The position numbers were made by a program, and so were the translations under genes. Positions 26,052-36,338 of a DNA stretch of 46,394 nt are shown here, piece after piece. Position 1 is the first letter of the stretch. Each line of letters begins with the position of its first letter. Origin of the DNA: a virus. A model generated the notes under the pieces. That model had not been told where the DNA came from. It worked only from the letters and a program-made list of their open reading frames with translations, and did not search any database. The DNA lies in the UHGV virus genome UHGV-0390997; one strand, 5' to 3'.

Positions 26052-27611
26052 TTAGAAGAAGACTGCGCCAACCTTTTTCGGTGAGTGCAGTACGCGGTAA
26101 CGAGTACCATCCCAGTCATGATCTTCCTGCTGGGTGTCTACGTCGTCAGGGTTTTTATCGTCGCGGACAAGCACAGGGATACGGCTAATCCAGCCTCGGC
26201 AGTAGTCGAAAACGTAGAATGCTGGCTTCTCAGGCACGCCTGATTCCAGCTTTTTACCTTCGATAACAGCTTCCAGCATGTCAGCGAATAACGATGCGCC
26301 GTTGATACGGGAACCTGGCTTTTTATCAGCTGGCAACCAGGTAACTCCCTGCGCTTCCATCTTCTGCGCGATCGATAACTCGTTATCACCAGTGTTGAAT
26401 ATCGCGCCGTCAGCCGGTCCAGGAATAACCTCGCTGCAGATGCCAGGCATAATGTGCAACTGACCTTGCGTAACCCCGTCGAGTTGAATCTCTTCCGGCT
26501 CGTCTGCATCTTCGCCCACCAGGCGCTTATCAATCCACGCCACGCCTTTCGCGACGTTCGTGGACGACATATTCAGCCCCTTGTTCAGCTCGTCAGGCGG
26601 GCAGCCATACCACTCGCCGATCAGGATAAGGGAGCCTGCAGGCGGGCAGAACTGCCGGCCATCAGGCAAATCAGCTGCGGTGCCATCGGCTTGCGCCCAC
26701 CACAGGTTGGAGAACGGCTTCGACTCGCCCCAGTCGTGAGAGCGGTCAACGGTCCAGCTATCCGGTATGCGGAACGGTTTAATGACGTGCAGTGCTTCAT
26801 TCCACAGGTGGTCAAAGCGGCCGCCACTGGTCACATCCCAGGAGCCCTCTACCCACGCCTTGCGTCGGTTAGGGTCTTTGATGGCCATCAGCGTCGCGAT
26901 GTACTGCGGATCAAGATACGGGTTCTCTTTGAAGGAACCGTGGATTGCAACGCGGGTAAGCGTCACATCCTCTTCTTTCTCGGTCTGAGGGTTAAAGACC
27001 CGCTGCGTTTCGCGAATGATGGTGCCGCGAGGCGCTGGCTCGATGAAGCGTTTCTTCACCCAGGTATGACCGATGCCGAATGGGTTGGTAGTGCTGAATG
27101 TCTCCAGGGGGATCGGCTTCAACAGGCTGCCGTCCGCCAGCGGGTAGTTCTCAGGCCTAAACGACGAGCGCCGGCAGGAGAACATCATTTCGTAGAATTC
27201 AGCGGACTGCTGCTTTGTCAGCTCGTTGAAACCGATGAACGGGAATTCCTGTCCGTGATAGTCCCAATAGTCGCCCTCTTCTTTCCCAAACCGGAAGAGA
27301 AGCTCTTCGCCAGTCGGCCACACCCAACGCAATTCTGAGGCTGAAGCGAGATAACGCGCGCCGTCGTTAAACAGGCGATACATACGCTTTGACTGTGTAA
27401 TGATGTCGGTGAGGTTTTTATACTCGGTGTCGAAAATTACGCCACGCCAGAACGAGCCATAGCCGAGGCCGACCAGACGCCGAAATCGGGCCAACTGCGC
27501 CGCTGTTTTTCCTGGCCCGCGAGTTCCCTCATAGAGAATCTCGTTACACGGGCAACTCAATGATAGAGATTGAGATCCGGGCAGAGGCTTCCATACAGCT
27601 TTGTAATTCAT
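26052..27611 (-). CDS. terminase large subunit
   Basis: Walker A GTRGPGKT near the N-terminus; C-terminal nuclease region; 519 aa. Confidence 0.9.
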   Translation of the reverse strand: MNYKAVWKPLPGSQSLSLSCPCNEILYEGTRGPGKTAAQLARFRRLVGLGYGSFWRGVIFDTEYKNLTDIITQSKRMYRLFNDGARYLASASELRWVWPTGEELLFRFGKEEGDYWDYHGQEFPFIGFNELTKQQSAEFYEMMFSCRRSSFRPENYPLADGSLLKPIPLETFSTTNPFGIGHTWVKKRFIEPAPRGTIIRETQRVFNPQTEKEEDVTLTRVAIHGSFKENPYLDPQYIATLMAIKDPNRRKAWVEGSWDVTSGGRFDHLWNEALHVIKPFRIPDSWTVDRSHDWGESKPFSNLWWAQADGTAADLPDGRQFCPPAGSLILIGEWYGCPPDELNKGLNMSSTNVAKGVAWIDKRLVGEDADEPEEIQLDGVTQGQLHIMPGICSEVIPGPADGAIFNTGDNELSIAQKMEAQGVTWLPADKKPGSRINGASLFADMLEAVIEGKKLESGVPEKPAFYVFDYCRGWISRIPVLVRDDKNPDDVDTQQEDHDWDGTRYRVLHSPKKVGAVFF

Positions 27612-28096
27612 CCACCCAATACCTCGCCCTGCTGTTTTTGTGCTGCCTTTTCCCAGTCATCAACGTTGTCGCAGGACGGAACCGGCATAACGTTATGAGT
27701 CGCAACCACGCTTTGCTCTACTTTTTGCTTGTTCGTGTAGACGTCGCCAACATCCTTGGCGGCCTGCTCAAGCAGTTGTGCGGTCATGCCATAGTTCTTC
27801 ATGCTTTCGGCATTTACGGCCATGCGGTTGAGAACGCGTAAACGGTACGCTTTATTGGCGATCGGAATATCGGATATCTCATTCAGGAATCGGTCGCGAG
27901 TAACATTGAAAAGGTCGACCCACTTTTTAGCGAGGCCCTTTCCGCTAACCTTGGTGGGGTCGTTTTGATCCACCTGCTGCCGGGTTATTTTTATGCCAAA
28001 TTCTTTTAGGACGGCATCAGCGACTTGCGAGGGTGCTTCGTAACACGCAACTGACTGAATTATGAAAGCTTTAACCTCTGGTTTTAATGCCGCCAT
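27608..28096 (-). CDS. terminase small subunit (putative)
   Basis: 162 aa, ATGA-coupled upstream of the large terminase. Confidence 0.6.
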   Translation of the reverse strand: MAALKPEVKAFIIQSVACYEAPSQVADAVLKEFGIKITRQQVDQNDPTKVSGKGLAKKWVDLFNVTRDRFLNEISDIPIANKAYRLRVLNRMAVNAESMKNYGMTAQLLEQAAKDVGDVYTNKQKVEQSVVATHNVMPVPSCDNVDDWEKAAQKQQGEVLGG

Positions 28097-28127
28097 AATT
28101 CACCATCCGTCCTAACCTGTCCTGAAT

Positions 28128-28772
28128 TTATGCCAACTTCAGCATGCAAGTCCCGCACGCCCTGGCAACATCGATATGAGCAACCTCCGCCGGCCTATTT
28201 GCCGCATCCACCATTTCCTGCACGTCTTTACTGGCGCCATAACGCCGGACCACTCCAACGAATTCTTCGACGTCGTGGCCGCGAAGCTTCAGAATCGGCA
28301 TTCCGGTCTCTTTGTTGAACTTCGGCGCGCCATGGTCATCGGTAGCCTGGGCGATGTGGTAAAGCTCATGCTCAACCAGTGCGCAGAACTCCAGATCGTT
28401 GCATTGCTCGCAGTAGTCGGCAGCCAAAGTGATGATGAACTTCGGTATGCGACCGAACCATTCGTGCATCTGCTGCTCCATTCGGGCTTTCTGCCAGCCG
28501 CCAGCACGCATCATTACCTGCTCACACTGGCCCAGCACAATGCGGCCGCTTTTGGCGAAAGAGCCAGAGGCCCACATAAACGCCACATCAGCATCGAGCA
28601 AGTGCGTATGGTCAGGGTTATGGATTCGGCCCTCTTCGGAGAGGATGTTCTGATTTACCCACTCGCCGATTTCGGAAGCAGGGATAAGCCGGGTATACGG
28701 CAGCCAGTTTTCGCCAGTGAAGTTGACAGGAGGGAATGGTCGGCGGTCTTCAAAATCAGCCATACAGAACAT
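28128..28772 (-). CDS. HExxH-motif protein, putative metallopeptidase
   Basis: HELYH motif (ALVEHELYHIAQ); 214 aa between the lysis and packaging genes. Confidence 0.45.
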   Translation of the reverse strand: MFCMADFEDRRPFPPVNFTGENWLPYTRLIPASEIGEWVNQNILSEEGRIHNPDHTHLLDADVAFMWASGSFAKSGRIVLGQCEQVMMRAGGWQKARMEQQMHEWFGRIPKFIITLAADYCEQCNDLEFCALVEHELYHIAQATDDHGAPKFNKETGMPILKLRGHDVEEFVGVVRRYGASKDVQEMVDAANRPAEVAHIDVARACGTCMLKLA

Positions 28773-29042
28773 TCCTCTGGGTTTCTCGAATACTTACCGG
28801 GGAAATAATCAACAGGCAGCGCAGTAAACTTACATAAAACTCTGTCAATAGCGCCATAAATACGCCATTTGCAGAACTTTATAAACGCAACATTGTCACT
28901 TCTTCTCAGAGTTGCTCAGTCACTTCTCGTCTTTGCGAGCCGTCAAGATGTGGATCACCTCTTTGGTCGACACCAGATCTATGCTTCTTGTCGGGTAAGC
29001 ATTATCAAAGCCCCTCTCTATGTGAGGGACTTCTGTAATGCC

Positions 29043-29288
29043 TTAACTGGATTGCGCGGCAGCGGTATCGAAGAGTACCAGCGCTTCCGTCGACTCCTGA
29101 ATCGCTTTGATGGTCTTGGCCACCACCGTTGATTCAGTTGTAACCCGGTTAAACTGCTGGATGAAAAGCTGATACTTCAGCTGGCTGTCCTGTACGAACT
29201 CAATCGCCTTAGCAGCCGCCGCGGTGTCGTAGTTAAGGGTCGAAAGCAGATTAAGTCGGATCTGAGCTTCGTCGGAGATTTCTGGCAT
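29043..29288 (-). CDS. hypothetical protein (81 aa)
   Basis: ORF downstream of Rz1. Confidence 0.4.
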   Translation of the reverse strand: MPEISDEAQIRLNLLSTLNYDTAAAAKAIEFVQDSQLKYQLFIQQFNRVTTESTVVAKTIKAIQESTEALVLFDTAAAQSS

Positions 29289-29353
29289 GCCTTACCTCTG
29301 TGCGATGTTTTTTGCGTTATCGAATCCACTACTTGAAGTGGCTATGTAATGCC

Positions 29354-29605
29354 CTATTGGCGTTTTGTTTCCGCCTGTCTGATATCAGCCTTATCCCGGT
29401 TACACTGTCCCAGTGCTGAAAGAAGGCTGACGTTTAAATCAAGGCTCTGGCCCCACGTCAGGTTGTCAGGGATTTCTGGCTGAGGAGTTTCAGCTGTCAG
29501 GCTGGCTGGTAACGGGACCGCCGGCACCTTGACGTAAACCGTTCGCGAATTGTTGCAACCGCTTAACTGCGCCAGCAGGCACAGGCCGATTAGTGCAATC
29601 ATCAT
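29354..29605 (-). CDS. Rz1: o-spanin Rz1 (outer-membrane lipoprotein), overlapping the Rz 3' end in another frame
   Basis: [17 protein letters not shown] lipobox; Pro-rich mature part. Confidence 0.6.
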   Translation of the reverse strand: MMIALIGLCLLAQLSGCNNSRTVYVKVPAVPLPASLTAETPQPEIPDNLTWGQSLDLNVSLLSALGQCNRDKADIRQAETKRQ

Positions 29606-29897
29606 TCGCAACAGCAACCCTGATATCAGCCGTGGCTCCCGATGCGTCCAGTGCGATCTGCTCTTTTGCATTTTTGTTAGCCTCGGCGATGGAGTTGAAT
29701 ATCGTCATGGTGGTCAGGACGTTGGAGGTGATGGCCTGAGCGGTATTTACCTGGTGCTCAGCAGTTTCAGCTCTGGATTCCTGCTGACTGGCGGCGTTGT
29801 GGTAATGCATAACCAGCCAGCCAAGGCAGACGACCAGACAGATAACCACGGCGATGATAATGGCGGTTAATCGGCTCATTTTTGACTCCAGAGACAA
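29490..29897 (-). CDS. Rz: i-spanin Rz
   Basis: N-terminal TM, coiled-coil periplasmic domain; overlaps the endolysin 3' end. Confidence 0.75.
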   Translation of the reverse strand: MSLESKMSRLTAIIIAVVICLVVCLGWLVMHYHNAASQQESRAETAEHQVNTAQAITSNVLTTMTIFNSIAEANKNAKEQIALDASGATADIRVAVANDDCTNRPVPAGAVKRLQQFANGLRQGAGGPVTSQPDS

Positions 29898-30373
29898 ACT
29901 TCGCGCTCAATCTCGCGGCGGGTTATCAGGCCTTTCCACTGCTTGCCCTTGGCGTAGGTCCAGCGGCGCAACTGATCACATGCGCCTTGCTGGTCGCCCT
30001 GGTTGATTTTTCGTAGCAGCGTGGAGGTCTGAAAGTTTCCGGCACCGACGTTATAGGCGAATGAGTAGAGGGCCCCGCGCATTGTTACCGGGATCGGCTT
30101 CTGGATGTACGGGTCAATCTGGCGTGCGACGGTGTTCAGGTCTTTGCTAAGCAGCGCACGGCATTCAGCCTTGGTGTACTTCCTGCCAAGCTTGATGTCT
30201 TTGCCAGTGTGGCCATAGCAGACAGTCCAGACGCCCACCACATCCTGATACGGCTTATATCTCACCCCTTCCAGTCCATCATTGCCGGTTGGCCCGGTGA
30301 TGAGAGCGGATGCGATCGCAATAGCGCCGCCGGTGACCGCTGCAATAACAGTTTTTTGCAGTGCTGGAGACAT
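29876..30373 (-). CDS. SAR endolysin (GH24 lysozyme, phage 21 R-like)
   Basis: N-terminal signal-arrest-release segment [21 protein letters not shown] followed by [28 protein letters not shown] (E-D-T catalytic triad). Confidence 0.9.
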   Translation of the reverse strand: MSPALQKTVIAAVTGGAIAIASALITGPTGNDGLEGVRYKPYQDVVGVWTVCYGHTGKDIKLGRKYTKAECRALLSKDLNTVARQIDPYIQKPIPVTMRGALYSFAYNVGAGNFQTSTLLRKINQGDQQGACDQLRRWTYAKGKQWKGLITRREIEREVCLWSQK

Positions 30374-30588
30374 TATTCCCCCCTGGCAGCTTTGCGCCGG
30401 TCTTCTTTAATTTTGAAATACAAATTTGTCAGGTAAGTAAGGAAGCCGAATACCAGACTCCCAAGAACGCCAATGGCAGCCCACTGGGAGGGGGATACTT
30501 TGTCGAGTAGCTGCAGTATCCAGAACCCCGCGCTACCTGCGGAAGAACCGTAGGCAATGCCCGTTGTGAGTTTGTCCATTCTGTACAT
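30373..30588 (-). CDS. class II pinholin (S21-like) with dual-start motif
   Basis: [26 protein letters not shown]..., two TM helices; Met1/Met4 with an intervening Arg (antiholin/holin dual start). Confidence 0.85.
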   Translation of the reverse strand: MYRMDKLTTGIAYGSSAGSAGFWILQLLDKVSPSQWAAIGVLGSLVFGFLTYLTNLYFKIKEDRRKAARGE

Positions 30589-30696
30589 ACTCCACCCCCG
30601 TTAGTTACGGATGGCGCTGTGTTTTAAAGGGGTCAGGCCCGTCAGGCTGGATTTAACAACGAAGCGTGTCGATGATGATTCCTGCGGGACCTGATA

Positions 30697-30719
30697 ATAA
30701 AAAACCCGCACAAGGCGGG
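30697..30719 (-). terminator. rho-independent terminator in the late leader
   Basis: Minus-strand CCCGCCttgtGCGGG followed by TTTTTTAT. Confidence 0.55.
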
Positions 30720-30963
30720 AAGGAATACCAAGGGTAAAAATGACGGCGCGGTAGCCGTAAGGGTCCCAAGGCAGGGGATATGGCGGCCTTTGGCGCTGTT
30801 GCAGCAGCGCCCCTGATGGATTGGATTATGAGCCCGTCATCAGGTCAGGCCATTATCTGGCGCTGCTGAGCTAAATCAGCAATCTGGTTCAGAGCTCTCG
30901 CGTATGAGCTTCAACGTGTAGTGCGGCACGCATTCACTCAAGAGCCCTGACCGGATTGCGGAC

Positions 30964-30992
30964 ATAAAAAAGCCCCGGCGGATGCCGAGGCT
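30964..30992 (-). terminator. tR'-like terminator downstream of the Q-dependent late promoter
   Basis: Minus-strand GCCTCGGCATCCGCCGGGGC followed by TTTTTTAT, ~90 nt downstream of a candidate PR'. Confidence 0.6.
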
Positions 30993-31039
30993 AACTTTGC
31001 AAACTGGTGTGTGACTATCATCTTCATGCCGCCACTTAA

Positions 31040-31100
31040 AGTTAAGGCAGCATATCAAAGTAGACTCAAATATGACGCATTTAATTGACTTTTGCAATAC
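31040..31100 (-). promoter_or_regulatory. candidate late promoter PR' / Q-utilisation region at the 3' end of Q
   Basis: Minus-strand TTGCAA followed by 17 nt then CATATT. Confidence 0.35.
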
Positions 31101-31767
31101 CTTGCTGCGAAAAAGTCGCCTTTTGTTGTGAACGTGATCGAGAAACAGAGAGTAATGCCTGGCTATCAAGTTTCTGGTAGATGTCCATCATAGCCTGCCA
31201 GTAATCCGAATAATTGTGGCACCAGTTATCTGGCTTTATTCCCACCATAGCGGCGGGAGAGTAATGATGCCCTCTACCGGTTATTTCCTGCTTTGTATTT
31301 TGAGCCGCCAGCCAGATAAGCTGACGCAGGCGATCTACCGTTTTCTTTGCGATACGCGCACCGGCCAGCTTCTCGCTGAATTGCTCCCATGCCCACCGTG
31401 TGATCGTCTCCTGGTGCTCCCAGCGGATATTGTCGCTGTAGTTCCAGAGCAGCCACGCTTTCTGGTAGTCTTCAAGTGATAGGACAGCGCGGCGCCAGCT
31501 CGCCGTCGAATACTCAACGGGCAGAACGAGGGCAATTGCAGAGCCTTTCGCGCGGGACTGGCTGCCAGCCATTGGCGGGCCTTCCGGGTTCACCATGCGC
31601 TGCTTATCTTTGTCGAATACCTTTTTCCTTCCCCGGCTACGCGCCGTAGCGGTGAATTGCGCGTTCTCTGCAAAGGCTACCAGTTGCCCTTTCGTCGCGC
31701 CGCTCAGATCGGCGGTGGCCACTATCAGCTGCTGGCGAACATACTGGAGGTATTGAGTGTTAATCAT
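31081..31767 (-). CDS. Q: antitermination protein Q
   Basis: 228 aa between the nin region and lysis genes; Cys/His-containing C-terminal region. Confidence 0.7.
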   Translation of the reverse strand: MINTQYLQYVRQQLIVATADLSGATKGQLVAFAENAQFTATARSRGRKKVFDKDKQRMVNPEGPPMAGSQSRAKGSAIALVLPVEYSTASWRRAVLSLEDYQKAWLLWNYSDNIRWEHQETITRWAWEQFSEKLAGARIAKKTVDRLRQLIWLAAQNTKQEITGRGHHYSPAAMVGIKPDNWCHNYSDYWQAMMDIYQKLDSQALLSVSRSRSQQKATFSQQGIAKVN

Positions 31768-31900
31768 GCTTTCTCTCCCAGGGTCTGATAGATGCGGACG
31801 AAATTCTTGAGGATGCGGTAGTCAACCAACACGGTGCCGCTGCTGCGTAAAAGACGGAGCTTTATCCAGCGGTCGCGGATGCGTTCGATAACGTCACGGC

Positions 31901-32131
31901 TCATTTTGATACCCTCAATATGGCCTTAATCATCGCCTTATACGCCCTGAGTACATATGCGTTTTTCCCGTACAGGGTGATCTGGAAGGTGAGTCCGTGA
32001 GACTCCCAGGTGTTGACCGGGGACTCGTCCAGACCTGCATCCGCAATACGCCTGGCCTTAGCCAGTTGCCAAAATGGACCGGTCAGCCAGATGCGGGCGT
32101 AAGCCCCTTCGTCGCTATAGGTGATCTTCAT
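31901..32131 (-). CDS. hypothetical nin-region protein (76 aa)
   Basis: ORF. Confidence 0.4.
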   Translation of the reverse strand: MKITYSDEGAYARIWLTGPFWQLAKARRIADAGLDESPVNTWESHGLTFQITLYGKNAYVLRAYKAMIKAILRVSK

Positions 32132-32352
32132 GCGGCCTCCGCCATAAGCTGGTCATACGTCAGGTAAAGGCCCCAGCAGCTAAACAGCACATGCGCCTTA
32201 ACGACGGCTATTTCCTCGTTGTTCCACCGGCAGAACCATCTGATCGCGCCCATAACCTCGCTATCTATCTGATGCGATCCGTTCAGGTGGATGGGATAGA
32301 CCACGTCATCAAAAACAGCGGCAGTGGACATTGGGTATTGGATTTTGCTCAT
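32128..32352 (-). CDS. hypothetical nin-region protein (74 aa)
   Basis: ATGA-coupled ORF. Confidence 0.4.
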   Translation of the reverse strand: MSKIQYPMSTAAVFDDVVYPIHLNGSHQIDSEVMGAIRWFCRWNNEEIAVVKAHVLFSCWGLYLTYDQLMAEAA

Positions 32353-32996
32353 GCGGCCTCCTGATGGCGGGCGCGGCGCTTCTCCAGCGCGCGGGCTCTG
32401 CGGGTGAATATGGATTTGATGCGCTGCAGGTAAGGAATATCGAACCGGCGCGGCTCGTTATCAGCCTCAAGGCGCTCTACGCGGTCCAGCCCAATGCGAT
32501 CAATAAGGTGAATCCGGTACTCAACAGCGTTACCGCTCAATTGGCGGTTGCAGCGGGTACAGGCGGAGTGGACATTGAATACGTTGAACTTCAGGTGCGA
32601 CGCCGCGCCGCGGGAACGGTAATGGCTGGCATCAATGGCGCTCCCGGTCAGGTAGTTGCTCTTTCCAATCAGCGGAGCACCGCAACTGGCGCAGGGCTTA
32701 CCTTCATCACGAATGCGAATGTACCGGTTAAAGGCTGACTGAGCCTCTTTATCCCATTGGGCCTTTGTCTTGAATGACTCGCGCTTGGCCCGGCGACGTT
32801 GGCGTCCCTCCTTCTCGGATTGGCGCTGTAGCTTCACCGCCCTGGCCTTAGCCGATTCACGGGCTTTTGCTGTCTGTTTTTTGGCGATCGCGCTGGCGCA
32901 TTCAAAGCAGCAAACTACCTGTCCCTCCCGGGCGGGATGGAACCATTCGCGGCAGTGGGCGCATTTACGTCGTGCTGGTTTACGCATACGCACCAC
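32349..32996 (-). CDS. ninG: NinG/Rap recombination-associated protein
   Basis: N-terminal [13 protein letters not shown]...CCFECA zinc-ribbon plus CASCGAPL...HYRSRGA...CTRCN, matching lambda NinG. Confidence 0.85.
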   Translation of the reverse strand: MVRMRKPARRKCAHCREWFHPAREGQVVCCFECASAIAKKQTAKARESAKARAVKLQRQSEKEGRQRRRAKRESFKTKAQWDKEAQSAFNRYIRIRDEGKPCASCGAPLIGKSNYLTGSAIDASHYRSRGAASHLKFNVFNVHSACTRCNRQLSGNAVEYRIHLIDRIGLDRVERLEADNEPRRFDIPYLQRIKSIFTRRARALEKRRARHQEAA

Positions 32997-33648
32997 CCTG
33001 GATCTGTACCAAGGTCAGGCGGCCGCAGAATACAGCACCGGTGTCGATATACATCTGATTGGCGTACTGGCTTGGCTGATGTGCCGGGGTATGACCAAAA
33101 ATAAACAGCTCTGCACCGGATATTTCATTCACTATCCCATCCTGAGCCGCGCTCACTCGCTCACGATTCCAGATCACCTGTTCTGCATTGACGGGCTTGT
33201 CATACGCATATTCGTTATGAGGGTAGTCAGCATGGCAGACCACCACCCTCTTACCCTCGGTCATTACCTCGATGATGAGTGGCAAACCTGCAACCAAATG
33301 GGACAACGCGATAGCCAGGCGTTCTTTGTCGTAGTCAAGGTTAAAGAACCATCCGCCACCGTTGGCGAGCCAGTGATTCACGTTCCCGGAGGAGGATAGT
33401 CCGTCGAGCATCATCTGCTCATGGTTTCCGCGAACAGCCATAAACCAGGGCATTGTGATTAGCTCAAGGCATTCGACGTTTTCCGCCCCGCGATCGATAA
33501 GGTCACCTACCGAGATCAGCAGGTCACGCGATGGGTCAAAACTGACCCTTTCCAGCTCATTCATCAGCAGCGTATGGCACCCATGCAGATCGCCAACAAC
33601 CCAGATGTTGCGCCAGTCTGCGCCGTTAATGCGTTGATAAATGCTCAT
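32980..33648 (-). CDS. Ser/Thr protein phosphatase (lambda NinI-like)
   Basis: Metallophosphatase motifs GDLHGCH, GDLIDRG, GNHE. Confidence 0.85.
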   Translation of the reverse strand: MSIYQRINGADWRNIWVVGDLHGCHTLLMNELERVSFDPSRDLLISVGDLIDRGAENVECLELITMPWFMAVRGNHEQMMLDGLSSSGNVNHWLANGGGWFFNLDYDKERLAIALSHLVAGLPLIIEVMTEGKRVVVCHADYPHNEYAYDKPVNAEQVIWNRERVSAAQDGIVNEISGAELFIFGHTPAHQPSQYANQMYIDTGAVFCGRLTLVQIQGGAYA

Positions 33649-33817
33649 GCAATTTTCCTTCTGGCAGCGTGGCGCAGCCAGCGGACATCTGCCAGGTGAG
33701 CCGTATAGTGAAAGGTGGGAATATCTGATGGTTTAACTTCGACCTTGCGCTTGCGGCGCGCAGGCACGCGGAATATGCCGCGTTCCATTACTTTGGCGAG
33801 AAGACATTGCATATCCA

Positions 33818-34414
33818 TCACCCCGCAAAGCTCAGCAGCTGACTGGCGGCGTTTTCAACCTCAGCCGGCGAGTGGAATTTGCGACGCAGAATGTAGTTCC
33901 ACAGCACATTCAGCACTGATTTGTAGACGCCGTTAAACTGGCTGTCGTCCATGCTGGCGAAGGAGATCGACTTTGCGACACGATGATGGCTGCCGTCAGG
34001 CATCTGGTATTCGTCGTAAAAGCCAGCCTGAATGGTTGCCCACTCGCGGAAGGATTCGAAGTGCTTCAGCAGCGCCATATCGCGGGAACGAGAAATACCG
34101 ACAGAGGAGAGATACATCTCCGCGGCGTTCTGGAGCGCAGCGCGCTGATCGAAGTCGGATGAGAGGAAGTCGATAAACCCGGATATGAGGTTGCGCTCCG
34201 CGGGCTCAATGAGACCACCGGAAGGCGTCCAGTAGTGATACCCGAGAGTCAGAAGCTTGAAAAACCTCTTGTGGAATGCGTAATTCCGGGGCTTGCGGAA
34301 CTCACCGCAAAGCAGTTGCCCTACGGGGATAAGTTGCAGGTATTCGCTGGTTCCCGGCTCTGCGGGAATCAGTACGTTTTGATAACTCTTCTCAAATTGC
34401 AGTGTTTGCGCCAT
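33818..34414 (-). CDS. DUF1367-like nin-region protein
   Basis: 198 aa; position and conserved N-terminal pattern only. Confidence 0.4.
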   Translation of the reverse strand: MAQTLQFEKSYQNVLIPAEPGTSEYLQLIPVGQLLCGEFRKPRNYAFHKRFFKLLTLGYHYWTPSGGLIEPAERNLISGFIDFLSSDFDQRAALQNAAEMYLSSVGISRSRDMALLKHFESFREWATIQAGFYDEYQMPDGSHHRVAKSISFASMDDSQFNGVYKSVLNVLWNYILRRKFHSPAEVENAASQLLSFAG

Positions 34415-34572
34415 GTGTCCCCACTTGGCGCCGGAAGTAAGTTGTCAGTTGCTCAGGCTGACGAGGTAATTATCGCCCTTCCCGGGGATAAAAGCAAAAT
34501 GAGCATATACGAGAAAAACCCCTCCGGAGAGGGGTTTGATTTCAACTGGAGGCTTTACGTTCTGCGGGGGAT

Positions 34573-34764
34573 TTAGGCACCCTTCACCTCTACGCATTGA
34601 ATATTATCTACGCTCGGCGAATCGTCGTCCCAGGACCTCTTATCATCTGCAACTTTCATCGCCTTAATGGCTGCTTTGCACTGCTCCATACTCTGCATGG
34701 GAACCACCTGCATATTCGATGTATTGCTGCTGATGACGAAAATCAGGAAGATGTACGCCATCAC
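34573..34764 (-). CDS. small protein with N-terminal hydrophobic segment (63 aa)
   Basis: ORF with a signal-like N-terminus. Confidence 0.3.
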   Translation of the reverse strand: MMAYIFLIFVISSNTSNMQVVPMQSMEQCKAAIKAMKVADDKRSWDDDSPSVDNIQCVEVKGA

Positions 34765-35453
34765 TTCACCTCCTGCGGGGCGGCTGCGAGCATGGCGGCG
34801 CAGCGGTTTACCACCTCGATTAACGCTTCTTCAGCATCACTCAGGCAATCAGCGATGCCACGGAGATCGCCGTCGAAGTCATTCAGGTCGAGGCGTATAC
34901 GAGCAACCTTCTGCAATGCTTCCAGCACATCATCCGGCACTACCGGCGCTGGCTGCTCTTTGATATGCAACCGCGGTTCCCCGTCTTTTGGCTCCGGCCA
35001 TGAGCGCTGCTTGTTTACCGCCAGCTTTTCGATCATTGCCTGAGTAATCTGCTCATCTGTAATACCAGCCCGGCGCTGGGAATCCCACAGCAGGAATTGC
35101 ATATCAGCCCACTCGCTGAGGTCGCGTTCTGGCCCTGGCTGCGCGTGGCGATAGAGCGGCGCTTCAGCCATTAACTCTACTTCACGTGCCAGCTGGTACA
35201 GATGTGCCGTATTAAACGACGATTCTCCGCCTATTGGCCGCGGATTTTCAGCCAGGTACCTCAGGGCTGCAGGAACAGATTTGTTGCATCCGTTGACCCA
35301 AGCCACCGGCTTGCTGTCGGCCTTGCGGCGCTCCTGTAGCTCTACCAGGCAAATTAGCTGACGACGGTAGAACCCAGCCGCTTCTAACTCACAAATCAAA
35401 TCCTCTAAATCAGAATTAGAGAGGCGTTCGCCTATCAACTGGTTATTGGTCAT
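34761..35453 (-). CDS. hypothetical protein (230 aa)
   Basis: ORF; its start region shares a 21-nt RBS/start repeat with the next gene upstream. Confidence 0.45.
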   Translation of the reverse strand: MTNNQLIGERLSNSDLEDLICELEAAGFYRRQLICLVELQERRKADSKPVAWVNGCNKSVPAALRYLAENPRPIGGESSFNTAHLYQLAREVELMAEAPLYRHAQPGPERDLSEWADMQFLLWDSQRRAGITDEQITQAMIEKLAVNKQRSWPEPKDGEPRLHIKEQPAPVVPDDVLEALQKVARIRLDLNDFDGDLRGIADCLSDAEEALIEVVNRCAAMLAAAPQEVK

Positions 35454-35919
35454 TGGTTGGCTCCTTCGGCACCATCACGTACCCCTCTGGAATTACCGGA
35501 GAGTTGCCAGCCTGCAGCATGGCAGCGCTCCAGGCTTCAAACTGCCCGTCAATACCATCATCACAATAGCCGTCAGTTGTCCGTAACGAATCCCAGCCAT
35601 CGAGGGGCGCTCCATTCTGTGATTCCCACCACTTTTCGAATATGGATCGGTCAGGCACTACCGGCGCCGCAGGCATGGCCGCTGGTCGAGGTTCAGCATA
35701 TAGCGGCGTTGGCTCGCTATACTCTGCGAGCTTTGGATCACCTGCATGCAGTAGATATCCTTTGTACGTCATGTACGCCACCGGCTCGCTGTCCAGCGCG
35801 GCCAGCGCCATGCGGGCTACTCGCTTGAGAATCTCTACATCGGCGAGCCCCAACGTGTAGCCGGATTTTAAATCAAAGACAGCCTGAACATTCTCTTCTC
35901 TGGTTAATTTGCTGGTCAT
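35443..35919 (-). CDS. hypothetical protein (158 aa)
   Basis: ORF; shares the junction repeat at its start. Confidence 0.45.
   Translation of the reverse strand: MTSKLTREENVQAVFDLKSGYTLGLADVEILKRVARMALAALDSEPVAYMTYKGYLLHAGDPKLAEYSEPTPLYAEPRPAAMPAAPVVPDRSIFEKWWESQNGAPLDGWDSLRTTDGYCDDGIDGQFEAWSAAMLQAGNSPVIPEGYVMVPKEPTNDQ
35447..35467 (-). repeat. 21-nt start-region repeat (minus strand GAAGGAGCCAACCAATGACCA), copy 1
   Basis: Identical to 35913..35933; contains a GAAGGAG RBS and ATGACC start of consecutive genes. Confidence 0.8.
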
Positions 35920-35933
35920 TGGTTGGCTCCTTC
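35913..35933 (-). repeat. 21-nt start-region repeat, copy 2
   Basis: Identical to 35447..35467. Confidence 0.8.
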
Positions 35934-36338
35934 TGCCTGATATTTTTCGAACCAGAACACAACAGGCTTTGCGACGATTTCAACGAGGCCGAAACGTTCA
36001 GCTGTGCGGAAATTCACACTGTATGCGCGGGCGCGTTCTGCTTGAGCTGCGATTTGCGTCCGGAAATCCTCAACAGCGAAAGTGGCCTTAAACAGGTTGC
36101 ATGGAGCGCAAGAGGGGAACAGATTTTCAAGCGCGTCGTTTTCAGGGCGCCAGAATTCACCCGTTGCAACAGTGCGTCGTGTCCCGTCGGCCTGGCGCTC
36201 GCCAAATTCCCATTTCCGCAGAGCGGCTTCTACGTGGTCAGCATGCCAGCCCTTTTCAGGAAGTTCGCAACCGCAGTAAGCGCAGCGGCCGCCAAATTTC
36301 ATGCGCAGCTCTGCGCGCTGTTTTTTGGTCAGTGCCAT
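35916..36338 (-). CDS. HNH endonuclease
   Basis: CAYCGC...HADH...CAPCN zinc-finger/HNH signature; 140 aa. Confidence 0.75.
   Translation of the reverse strand: MALTKKQRAELRMKFGGRCAYCGCELPEKGWHADHVEAALRKWEFGERQADGTRRTVATGEFWRPENDALENLFPSCAPCNLFKATFAVEDFRTQIAAQAERARAYSVNFRTAERFGLVEIVAKPVVFWFEKYQAEGANQ

Noticed and set aside
30876-31169. 97-aa minus-strand ORF overlapping the Q 3' end
   Set aside because: It overlaps Q and spans the region predicted to hold PR' and the tR' terminators, and has no RBS.
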